Assembly (NCBI GenBank): GCA_046116545.1
Contig: CP175956.1
Coordinates: 641,734 to 705,733 of the forward strand
Direction: 5' to 3'
DNA length: 64,000 bases
Origin: Candidatus Moraniibacteriota bacterium
GTDB lineage: Bacteria > Patescibacteriota > Minisyncoccia > Moranbacterales > GCA-2747515
The stretch's first letter is position 1, and the number at the start of each line of letters is the position of its first letter. This document shows positions 50,227 to 58,423 of the stretch, piece after piece. The notes under the pieces were generated by a model. That model was not told where the DNA came from. It was given only the letters and a program-made list of their open reading frames with translations, and did no database searches. The position numbers and the translations under genes are program-made.

Positions 50227-50274
50227 TTATTTCCTACATAAAATCGTTCGAACCTCCTCCCATAGGACCCACAA
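50227..50274 (-). repeat. Cassette-boundary repeat, copy F (LWVLWEEVRTILCRK*)
   Basis: TTGTGGGTCCTATGGGAGGAGGTTCGAACGATTTTATGTAGGAAATAA. Confidence 0.88.
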
Positions 50275-50278
50275 ATTT

Positions 50279-50316
50279 AAAACTGTCTATCTTAATTTTA
50301 AGATAGACAGTTTTTT
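50279..50316. terminator. Terminator hairpin before repeat F
   Basis: AAAACTGTCTATCTTAA-TT-TTAAGATAGACAGTTTT. Confidence 0.7.
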
Positions 50317-50327
50317 ACATTATTTAC

Positions 50328-50573
50328 TTAAGTATCACTAGTAGATGACTTAGTGCTTCCTATAGCTTTGCTAATTTTAGGATCCTCACCTTTTTTTGAC
50401 GTATAGGCTATATTTATAGTTGCCGTCCATTTCAGAGATTTTTTTCTATCAGTATCTTTTAATAAAATGTTGTGCCATTTTTCTTTTTCATCTTCTTTTC
50501 CATACAAAAAACCTAAATAAAGCATTATGCCAGTAACTATCAGAAAAAAGATTATGCCAATACCTATATACAT
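50328..50573 (-). CDS. Small membrane-anchored hypothetical protein
   Basis: N-terminal TM, AGGGG SD. Confidence 0.6.
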   Translation of the reverse strand: MYIGIGIIFFLIVTGIMLYLGFLYGKEDEKEKWHNILLKDTDRKKSLKWTATINIAYTSKKGEDPKISKAIGSTKSSTSDT

Positions 50574-50721
50574 TTATCGCCCCCTACATTAGCTAAAATA
50601 AATTATGGACATGTTAACTAAACAGGATTAAATAATATCAAACATCATATATCTTTGCAACAAAAAATAAATGGTCACATTATTAATGTGACCATTTATT
50701 TAAAGAATAATTCTTTAAAGT

Positions 50722-52359
50722 TTATTTTTTAGCAACTTTTATAAACTCATTGAAAAGTGGATGTGGATTTAATGGTGTTGATTGAAATTCTGGATGAAAT
50801 TGCGTTGCTAGATAGAATGGATGCTTCTCTTTTGGTAATTCTACTATTTCCATTAATATACCATCAGGTGATTTTCCTGAGAATACTAGTCCGGCATCTT
50901 CAATTTGTTGTATGTATTCTGGGTTTACTTCATATCTATGACGATGCCTTTCTAATACTTCTGCTTTTTTATAAGCTTTTCTTGCTATTGTTTTTGGTGC
51001 AATTTTTGCTGTATATGAACCCAACCTCATTGATCCACCAAAATCTTTTTTCTTTAATTTTTCTTTTTGCTCGGGCATTATATCTATCACTAAGTTTTTT
51101 GCTTTACTATCAATTTCTGGTGAAGTTGCCCCCTTTATACCTGCTACATTTCTCGCAAAATCGATAACAGCTATTTGCATACCATAACAAAGTCCAAAAT
51201 ATGGAATCTTATTTTCACGACAATAACCTGCAACATTAATTTTGCCTTCAATCCCACGTGAACCAAATCCACCTGGTACAACTATTCCATCATACTCCTT
51301 TAAATCTTTTAATTTATTTTTGTCATTTTCATACACAGAGCTATCTAACCAAGCTAACTCTGGCTTGCAACCATTTTGATATGAAGCATGTTTTATAGCC
51401 TCTATGACGCTTATATACGCATCTGAGAGTACAAAATCACCTGTTTCAAAGTACTTTCCTACAATTCCAATTTTTACAGTCTTTTTTGCATTATCTATCT
51501 TTTGAGTAAATGTTTCCCAATCTGACATATCTCTCTTGCGAGCTTTAAGTCCTAATTTTTTCAGCACAATATTGCTTAAATTATCCCTTTCAAAATTAAG
51601 GGGTACATGATAGATGCTGTCTACATCAGGAGCACTTATCACACTATTTTTATCAACAGCACAACTCATAGCAATCTTTTCTTTTCTTTTTTCATCCATA
51701 GGAACCTCTGAACGAGCTACGATTATATCTGCTTGTATTCCAGCACTATTAAGTGTACGAGATGCATATTGAGTTGGCTTTGTTTTCATTTCACCAACTT
51801 TACTTGGGAGTGGCACATAACTTACCAATACAAACAAAACATCATTTGGTCGTTTAGTCTTAAGCATTCTAGCAGCTTCCAAGAACAATAGACTTTGATA
51901 TTCCCCAATTGTTCCACCAATCTCTGTAATAATTACTTCAGCATCTTCTTTTTTCCCAGCTTTTTCAATTCTGCTTATAATTTCAAGTGGAATATGAGGT
52001 ACTACCTCTACACATTTGCCGTTGTATCCACCTGCACGTTCTCGCTCGATAACTGACTGATATACACGACCTGTAGTCATATAATTTGAACTTGGTAGAG
52101 TTATATCAAGAAATCTTTCATAATTTCCCATATCCTGATCTGTTTCATCTCCATCAGCAAGTACAAAAACCTCACCATGTTCAGTAGGATTCATAGTCCC
52201 AGCATCTACATTGATATAAGGATCAACCTTTAATGCCGTTACAGAAAAACCTCGCGACTGCATAAGTTTAGCAATAGAAGATGTTGTAATACCTTTTCCA
52301 ACTCCGCTCATAACTCCCCCAACTACAAATATGTACTTCTTATTCTTCTTTTTTGCCAT
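50722..52359 (-). CDS. pyrG: CTP synthase
   Basis: GGVMSGVGKG, DPYINVDAGTM, GLCYGMQ, RHRHRYE, QFHPEF. Confidence 0.97.
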   Translation of the reverse strand: MAKKKNKKYIFVVGGVMSGVGKGITTSSIAKLMQSRGFSVTALKVDPYINVDAGTMNPTEHGEVFVLADGDETDQDMGNYERFLDITLPSSNYMTTGRVYQSVIERERAGGYNGKCVEVVPHIPLEIISRIEKAGKKEDAEVIITEIGGTIGEYQSLLFLEAARMLKTKRPNDVLFVLVSYVPLPSKVGEMKTKPTQYASRTLNSAGIQADIIVARSEVPMDEKRKEKIAMSCAVDKNSVISAPDVDSIYHVPLNFERDNLSNIVLKKLGLKARKRDMSDWETFTQKIDNAKKTVKIGIVGKYFETGDFVLSDAYISVIEAIKHASYQNGCKPELAWLDSSVYENDKNKLKDLKEYDGIVVPGGFGSRGIEGKINVAGYCRENKIPYFGLCYGMQIAVIDFARNVAGIKGATSPEIDSKAKNLVIDIMPEQKEKLKKKDFGGSMRLGSYTAKIAPKTIARKAYKKAEVLERHRHRYEVNPEYIQQIEDAGLVFSGKSPDGILMEIVELPKEKHPFYLATQFHPEFQSTPLNPHPLFNEFIKVAKK

Positions 52360-52458
52360 AGTTTTTTGATTAATTATATTTATAAAGATAAAGAGCCACC
52401 TCCCCTTAGAAGAAGCAACTCTTTGCCATATTTGTTGCTAATTTAAATGTAAACTTTC

Positions 52459-52902
52459 TTAGCCAGCTACTACCGTAACTATTACACCAGCTTTCACACC
52501 ACTATCATAATCTATTTTTATCTCTACTGTAGTTAATTCTTTTATTGGAGCATCGAGTAACACATTTTTTTCATCAATTTCAACTCCATGTTCAGATGTT
52601 ATTGCATCTGCAATATCCTTTTTTGTAACAGAACCAAATAATTTATCTCCTTTTGCCTTTGATATAATTGTTACTTTTTTCTTATCAATTTTTGCTGCGT
52701 CTTTTTTTATTTGCTCAATTTTTTCAGCATCTTCTTTTTCATCTTGAGCATTCTTTCTATCTAACTCAGCAATTGATTCTTTTGTTGCTGGTTTTGCTAT
52801 TCCACGAGGAATCAGACTATTAAACGCAAAACCATCCGATGCATTTACTATAGCACCCTTCTTCCCCAACTTCTTATCATCTTGTAGTAATATTACTTTC
52901 AT
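52459..52902 (-). CDS. rplI: 50S ribosomal protein L9
   Basis: MKVILLQD..LGKKG...DGFA.N.LIP.G.A, KLFGSVT. Confidence 0.95.
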   Translation of the reverse strand: MKVILLQDDKKLGKKGAIVNASDGFAFNSLIPRGIAKPATKESIAELDRKNAQDEKEDAEKIEQIKKDAAKIDKKKVTIISKAKGDKLFGSVTKKDIADAITSEHGVEIDEKNVLLDAPIKELTTVEIKIDYDSGVKAGVIVTVVAG

Positions 52903-52912
52903 ACTTTTGAAA

Positions 52913-53590
52913 TTATACATTAGTTAAATTGTTGACGCAAGATTCTTTATGAAATGAATGAACCATTGTAAAATACGCAGTCAATGCCTTGAAAAAATCA
53001 ATATCATTTTCTGCTTCTTCACTATACGGCAAAACAACACAAGTACGCAAGTTTTTGTCTTCAACCTCAGAATAAACAAAGAGTAAATCCTTGTGCCTAT
53101 ATGTATGTGAATTTACTTCTTTACAAAATAATTTATCTGGTAAATGCTTAAATCTCGCATCTGCTCCAACTTTATGATACGATTCTTGTCGTTTAATATC
53201 AATGAATCTCATACAAAAATGGTCCGTATACGGTAATAAATTCATGGCACTTCTTACAGCCTCTTTGCAATCAGCATTTTCATCCAAATGAGATAAATCA
53301 GAAAAAATTTCATACATTATATCGGTTCTGCGATTTGCTTGACCTATATACGAATATGATTCCGATAAATCTTTTTGCGATCGAACCACAGATCTCTGCA
53401 ACTTTATCTTATCTTTTATTGTCTCAAATACTTGATAATCTCTAAGTCGATACAAACCGAAGCTAATGATTCCCGCAAATAATAAAATTACGGCTTCTGT
53501 TTCATCTTCTGTAAAGATCCACCAAGAATCATTTATGATAAAAGGTGTTGCTACCATCACTATAAATACCGTCAGATAAATAAAAAACAT
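52913..53590 (-). CDS. Hypothetical membrane protein
   Basis: Two N-terminal TM plus coiled coil, co-oriented between galU and rplI. Confidence 0.75.
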   Translation of the reverse strand: MFFIYLTVFIVMVATPFIINDSWWIFTEDETEAVILLFAGIISFGLYRLRDYQVFETIKDKIKLQRSVVRSQKDLSESYSYIGQANRRTDIMYEIFSDLSHLDENADCKEAVRSAMNLLPYTDHFCMRFIDIKRQESYHKVGADARFKHLPDKLFCKEVNSHTYRHKDLLFVYSEVEDKNLRTCVVLPYSEEAENDIDFFKALTAYFTMVHSFHKESCVNNLTNV

Positions 53591-53596
53591 ATAAAT

Positions 53597-54460
53597 TTAT
53601 TTAATAGTTGCAATATACTCTCTTAACTTATCTTTTACTTCTGGATGTTTTAATCCCATTTGGATAGTTGCTTGCAAAAACCCAAATTTATCACCACAAT
53701 CATATCTTTGTCCTTCTACTTCATGACCATACATTTTTTTATTATCCTCTAGCATTCTTACAAATGCATTTGCCAATCTAATTTCTCCTTTATCGTTCAC
53801 AGATTCTTCCAACTTTTCAAATACTTCTGGTGTAATAATATATTTACCCACAGCTACAAGATTTGATGGAGCATCTTCTGTTTTGGGTTTTTCTACAAAT
53901 TCTTTTATTTCACAAGTACGTCCATCTATATTTATAGGATCCACAACACCAAAGCGATGTACATCCTCTTTTTCTACCTGACAAAGTGCAACAACCGGAT
54001 CACCTTTTTCTTCATGAACATCCATCAACTGTTTAATAGCAGGAATTTCCCCATCTATCAAATCATCACCAAACAAAACTGCTACAGATTCCCCTGGATG
54101 CACTAAATGCCTTGCACACAATATCGCATGACCATCCCCTAACGGCTCAGGTTGCCTTACATAAGAAAACTTTGCTAATTTTGCAACTTTTCTTACTTCT
54201 TCTAAAGCTTCTTTTTTATCTTTCTCAACAAGAGTTTTCTCAAGTTCAAAAGATACATCAAAATGATCTTCAATAGCTCGTTTACCACGACCTGTTACGA
54301 ATATAATTTCTTCAATACCAGATGCTACTGCCTCCTCAACTAAATACTGAATGACTGGTTTATCAACAACAGGAAGCATCTCCTTTGGCTGTGCTTTTGT
54401 TGCAGGTAAAAAACGGGTTCCAAACCCAGCTACTGGTAAAATTGCTTTTTTTATTTTCAT
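53597..54460 (-). CDS. galU: UTP--glucose-1-phosphate uridylyltransferase
   Basis: AGFGTRFLPATKAQPKEMLP, VEKP, RYDCG. Confidence 0.96.
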   Translation of the reverse strand: MKIKKAILPVAGFGTRFLPATKAQPKEMLPVVDKPVIQYLVEEAVASGIEEIIFVTGRGKRAIEDHFDVSFELEKTLVEKDKKEALEEVRKVAKLAKFSYVRQPEPLGDGHAILCARHLVHPGESVAVLFGDDLIDGEIPAIKQLMDVHEEKGDPVVALCQVEKEDVHRFGVVDPINIDGRTCEIKEFVEKPKTEDAPSNLVAVGKYIITPEVFEKLEESVNDKGEIRLANAFVRMLEDNKKMYGHEVEGQRYDCGDKFGFLQATIQMGLKHPEVKDKLREYIATIK

Positions 54461-54558
54461 ACGTTATATACTCATTTAATTTAACTACATCCTTATTGTA
54501 TAAGAAAAAAGACGGTTTTGTAAAGCACAAAACCGTCTTGTATAAAGTTACTTAGAAA

Positions 54559-55371
54559 TTAATAACAAAGCACTTTATGGAAATCAAAGTTCTCATATGG
54601 AGCAAATTGATTTATAGCATCTACTAAAGGAGTATGAAAATTCTGCAATAAAGTATTATCCCTAACAATATCAGTTGCTCTTGCATATGATTTGTGTGTT
54701 CCTGCATCCATCCACACACTATCCTCAGCTAATTGCGTAACACTTAGTTGATTATCCCTAAGATACGCGTTATGTACTTCTGTAATCTCAAGTTCTCCAC
54801 GCTTAGATGCTGTAAGAGTCATTGCAATTTCTGTTACATTAGCATCAAATGTGTATAAACCCGGTATGACAAAATCACTGATCCATTGCAAAGGTTTTTC
54901 AATAATGTCTAGCACATCACCATTATTGTCAAGAATCACAACTCCAAACCTATTTGGATGTAATGATTTTTTCGCAAGAATATGACCACCTCCTTTAAAA
55001 TTCTTTATCACTTTTGTAATTGTAGGAATATCACCAAAAATATTATCTCCTAAAATTAAAGTCACATCATCAGTGCCTATAAATCCTCTGCAAATAATAA
55101 AAGCTTCTGGAATACCTAAAGGCTCTTCTTGAACCTGCCAAGAGATATCAACATCTATGAATCGTAACATTGGATCAAGCAATGTCATGAATTCACCTGC
55201 ATGTGCCGAAGAAACAACTATTGCTATTTCTTTAATCCCAGCACTTAGTAAAGTGTTTAGTGGGTAAAATATCATAGGCAAACCCGCAATTGGCAGCATT
55301 TGCTTAGATTTCTTCCTTGTAAGTGGATATAATCTTTTTCCACTTCCTCCTGCTAAAATAATTCCTTTCAT
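54559..55371 (-). CDS. Glucose-1-phosphate thymidylyltransferase-like, paralog 2
   Basis: GIILAGGSGKRLYP, SKQMLP, LILGDNIF, IEKP, RGELEI, WMDAGT. Confidence 0.88.
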   Translation of the reverse strand: MKGIILAGGSGKRLYPLTRKKSKQMLPIAGLPMIFYPLNTLLSAGIKEIAIVVSSAHAGEFMTLLDPMLRFIDVDISWQVQEEPLGIPEAFIICRGFIGTDDVTLILGDNIFGDIPTITKVIKNFKGGGHILAKKSLHPNRFGVVILDNNGDVLDIIEKPLQWISDFVIPGLYTFDANVTEIAMTLTASKRGELEITEVHNAYLRDNQLSVTQLAEDSVWMDAGTHKSYARATDIVRDNTLLQNFHTPLVDAINQFAPYENFDFHKVLCY

Positions 55372-55466
55372 CAATTAGTCTCCTTGTATATTTTTAAAAT
55401 ACATCTTACCTCAAAGAACAGTATTATACACTTTAGTATAAAAAAAATTTTATAGCAAGAAACTAA

Positions 55467-56300
55467 TTAGGCTATATCTTTACATGCAAGAAGTTGTGCC
55501 TTCCCTATTGCTTTATTACGAGTAAAACCTTTTTCTAACGCATCTACTACTATTGGATCAAAGTCATCCATGAACTTATTGTCAGCAGCAAAATTATCCA
55601 CTTCGCGCAAAGATTCTTTTGTACCAGCATCAAACCATGCTCCATTTAACTTACTTAACTGTAAGTTTCCTTTTTCTAAATAATGATTATGCAAATCAAC
55701 AATTTCAAGCTCACCTCGTTCAGAAGCTTTTAAATCTCTAGAAATTTCTACAACCTCATTGTCATAGATATACGCACCTGTAACTGCCAAATTACTATCA
55801 GGATTCTCTGGCTTTTCAACTATATTAGTTACAACATTATTATCATCAACTGTCGCTACACCAAATCGTTCAGGATCTTGAACTTCCTTTGCAAATACAT
55901 GACCGCCATCCTCAAAACCTTTTATAGCAGTAACTATTGTATCTGTATCTTGAAAAATATTATCTCCAAGAATTAAAGTTACATTATCATTTCCTATAAA
56001 TGGAGCCCCGATTGTAAATGCTTCCGGAAGCCCTGCTGGAACTTCTTGAATTCCAGATAAAATGTTTATTCCATGTGGTCTAAACAACGGCTCCAACATA
56101 TTCATAAACTTTCCACTATGTTCTGGAGATACAATCACTAAAATATCAGTAATTCCAGCCTTAATAAGAACATTTAATGGATGAAATACCATAGGAACTC
56201 CACCAACTGGCAACATCTGTTTGGATGTTTGTGCAGTAAGTGGCCACAAGCGTGATCCAGTTCCTCCTGCTAATATTATTCCTTTCATTTTTTTCTTCAT
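55467..56300 (-). CDS. rfbA: Glucose-1-phosphate thymidylyltransferase (RmlA/RfbA-like), paralog 1
   Basis: GIILAGGTGSRLWP, SKQMLP, LILGDNIF, DPERFGV, VEKP, RGELEI, WFDAGT. Confidence 0.88.
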   Translation of the reverse strand: MKKKMKGIILAGGTGSRLWPLTAQTSKQMLPVGGVPMVFHPLNVLIKAGITDILVIVSPEHSGKFMNMLEPLFRPHGINILSGIQEVPAGLPEAFTIGAPFIGNDNVTLILGDNIFQDTDTIVTAIKGFEDGGHVFAKEVQDPERFGVATVDDNNVVTNIVEKPENPDSNLAVTGAYIYDNEVVEISRDLKASERGELEIVDLHNHYLEKGNLQLSKLNGAWFDAGTKESLREVDNFAADNKFMDDFDPIVVDALEKGFTRNKAIGKAQLLACKDIA

Positions 56301-56319
56301 ATATTTTGATTTTTACGAC

Positions 56320-57555
56320 TTATTTATACAATGGAAATTTTTTACAAAGTGTTAATACTTCTTTTCGTATTTTCTTTAATTCCTTTGCATTATCAATATT
56401 ATCACAAACATCATTCATCCAACCAGCAATAAGTAACATTTCTTCTTCCTCCATTCCACGGGTTGTTACAGCAGGGACACCTAATCTTACGCCGGATGGA
56501 TCAAATGGACTTCTTTCATCATCTGGTATCATATTTTTATTAAGTGTCATCCCAGCAATATCCAAAGCCGTTTCAACTTGTTTTCCTGTGAGATTTTTAT
56601 TCTTAATAGTATCAATAAGCATCATATGATTTTCAGTCTTACCAAAGCAAATATGAAATCCATAACCTTGCAATGCCTCCTGTAAAACTTTTGCATTTTC
56701 CACAACTTGCTTAGCATATATTTTGAAAGATGGCTTCAATGCTTCTCCAAAAGAAACGGCTTTTGCTGCAATATTATTCATGTGAGGACCTCCTTGGAAT
56801 CCTGGAAATGTCGCCTTATCAATTGCGGCTGCATATTTTTTCTTACAAAGAATCATACCTCCCCTAGGACCTCTCAAAGTTTTGTGAGTTGTTGTAGTTA
56901 CAACATCACAATACTTAACAGGATTTGCTAATACTCCACCAGCTACAAGTCCAGCAATATGCGCCATATCCATCATCAAAATTGCATCAACTTCATTTGC
57001 AATTTTTCTAAACTTCGCATAAGAAAGATTTCTAGAATAAGAACTAAATCCAGCAAGTATCATTTTTGGTTTATGCTTTTTTGCCATCTTCAACAATTCA
57101 TCATAATCTATTGTTCCATCTTCTTTTGTTTTATATCTAACAAAATTATATATTTGAGCAGAAAGAGTCACAGGATGACCATGAGTAAGATGTCCACCAT
57201 GACCAAGATCCATGCCAAGTACAGTATCTCCTGGTTCAAGCAAAGCACTATAAACTATCATATTTGCAGGAGCACCAGAGTGAGGTTGAACATTTACATG
57301 AGCAGCACCAAAAAGCTTCTTTGCTCTATCGATTGCTAATTGCTCTACTTCATCTGTAAATTCTTGTCCACCATAATATCTCTTTCCTGGATAGCCTTCT
57401 GAGTATTTATTTGTCATCACGCTTCCAAGTGCTTCCAAAACAGCCTCCGAAACATAGTTTTCAGATGCAATTAATTCCAATCCTTCTTCTTGTCTTTTTA
57501 ATTCTCCTTTGATAGTTTTATAAACCTGTTTATCAGCTTTTTGTAAATTTTTCAT
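56320..57555 (-). CDS. glyA: Serine hydroxymethyltransferase
   Basis: [41 protein letters not shown]. Confidence 0.97.
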   Translation of the reverse strand: MKNLQKADKQVYKTIKGELKRQEEGLELIASENYVSEAVLEALGSVMTNKYSEGYPGKRYYGGQEFTDEVEQLAIDRAKKLFGAAHVNVQPHSGAPANMIVYSALLEPGDTVLGMDLGHGGHLTHGHPVTLSAQIYNFVRYKTKEDGTIDYDELLKMAKKHKPKMILAGFSSYSRNLSYAKFRKIANEVDAILMMDMAHIAGLVAGGVLANPVKYCDVVTTTTHKTLRGPRGGMILCKKKYAAAIDKATFPGFQGGPHMNNIAAKAVSFGEALKPSFKIYAKQVVENAKVLQEALQGYGFHICFGKTENHMMLIDTIKNKNLTGKQVETALDIAGMTLNKNMIPDDERSPFDPSGVRLGVPAVTTRGMEEEEMLLIAGWMNDVCDNIDNAKELKKIRKEVLTLCKKFPLYK

Positions 57556-57718
57556 TTCAAAAATCATTAATATCATTACGACAATATTGTAACATAAATA
57601 CTAGATTACCACACTCAAACACTTGATTTTTTAGAAAATATAATGTAATATTTCCAGTTAATGCAGTGATTTATAAAATAGCATTATTATATAGCAATTT
57701 AACAACACGAGGTGAATT

Positions 57719-58366
57719 ATGAAGATCAGCAAACAACGAATGGTGTTTTTAGAATTTATATGTAAAGTAGTTGGAATAAAAGCACCTACTACTACTAGCT
57801 ACATAGGTAGCTTTTGTATAACGTTTAATTCAACACCCGAAGAATTACAAGAATTTAGTTCGTCTATTGAATATTGTGTACCTGTACCATGGTTAGATGT
57901 ATTATTTCCCAAAATGAACTCAGATCAATTTGAAAAATATGATATATTAACTTCAGCAATTTGCTCACCGTTAAGAGATCCTATTTTTTACACGGGAATT
58001 GACCAAACTACTGCAAGTAGACCTGACTATGGAGGTCCTCGCAGTGATCCTAACTACAGAGCTCCTTATAAAAGGAAAATCTCTCCTATTGAGACAGTCT
58101 CAAAGAAAGTACTTAAAGTTGTGGGCAAACCGCCAAAATCAGAAGTAAATCTTACACAGAAAAGACTGGATGATCTCATACAAATGGCTATTAATCTATC
58201 TGAAAAAGATGGAATGGTTAATAGATATTTATTCAAAAAAGTTTTAGGTAATATGATTCCAAATACTTACGCTATACGTACATCTCCATTAAAAACAACA
58301 CTCGTAAATAAAAGCGACTCTACAAAAACAGAATTTCCCTTTAAAGAAAGAGTGAAATTCACATAA
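57719..58366 (+). CDS. Hypothetical protein
   Basis: 215 aa ORF, GAGGTG SD. Confidence 0.65.
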   Translation: MKISKQRMVFLEFICKVVGIKAPTTTSYIGSFCITFNSTPEELQEFSSSIEYCVPVPWLDVLFPKMNSDQFEKYDILTSAICSPLRDPIFYTGIDQTTASRPDYGGPRSDPNYRAPYKRKISPIETVSKKVLKVVGKPPKSEVNLTQKRLDDLIQMAINLSEKDGMVNRYLFKKVLGNMIPNTYAIRTSPLKTTLVNKSDSTKTEFPFKERVKFT

Positions 58367-58423
58367 CCAAAAAACCACAATTATCAAAATTGATAAATGT
58401 GGTTTTATTTTTTGTCACCAAAT

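Noticed and set aside
47369-50274. Repeats as a CRISPR array
   Set aside because: Spacing is 0.55-0.9 kb and the intervals contain whole genes; no cas genes in the window.
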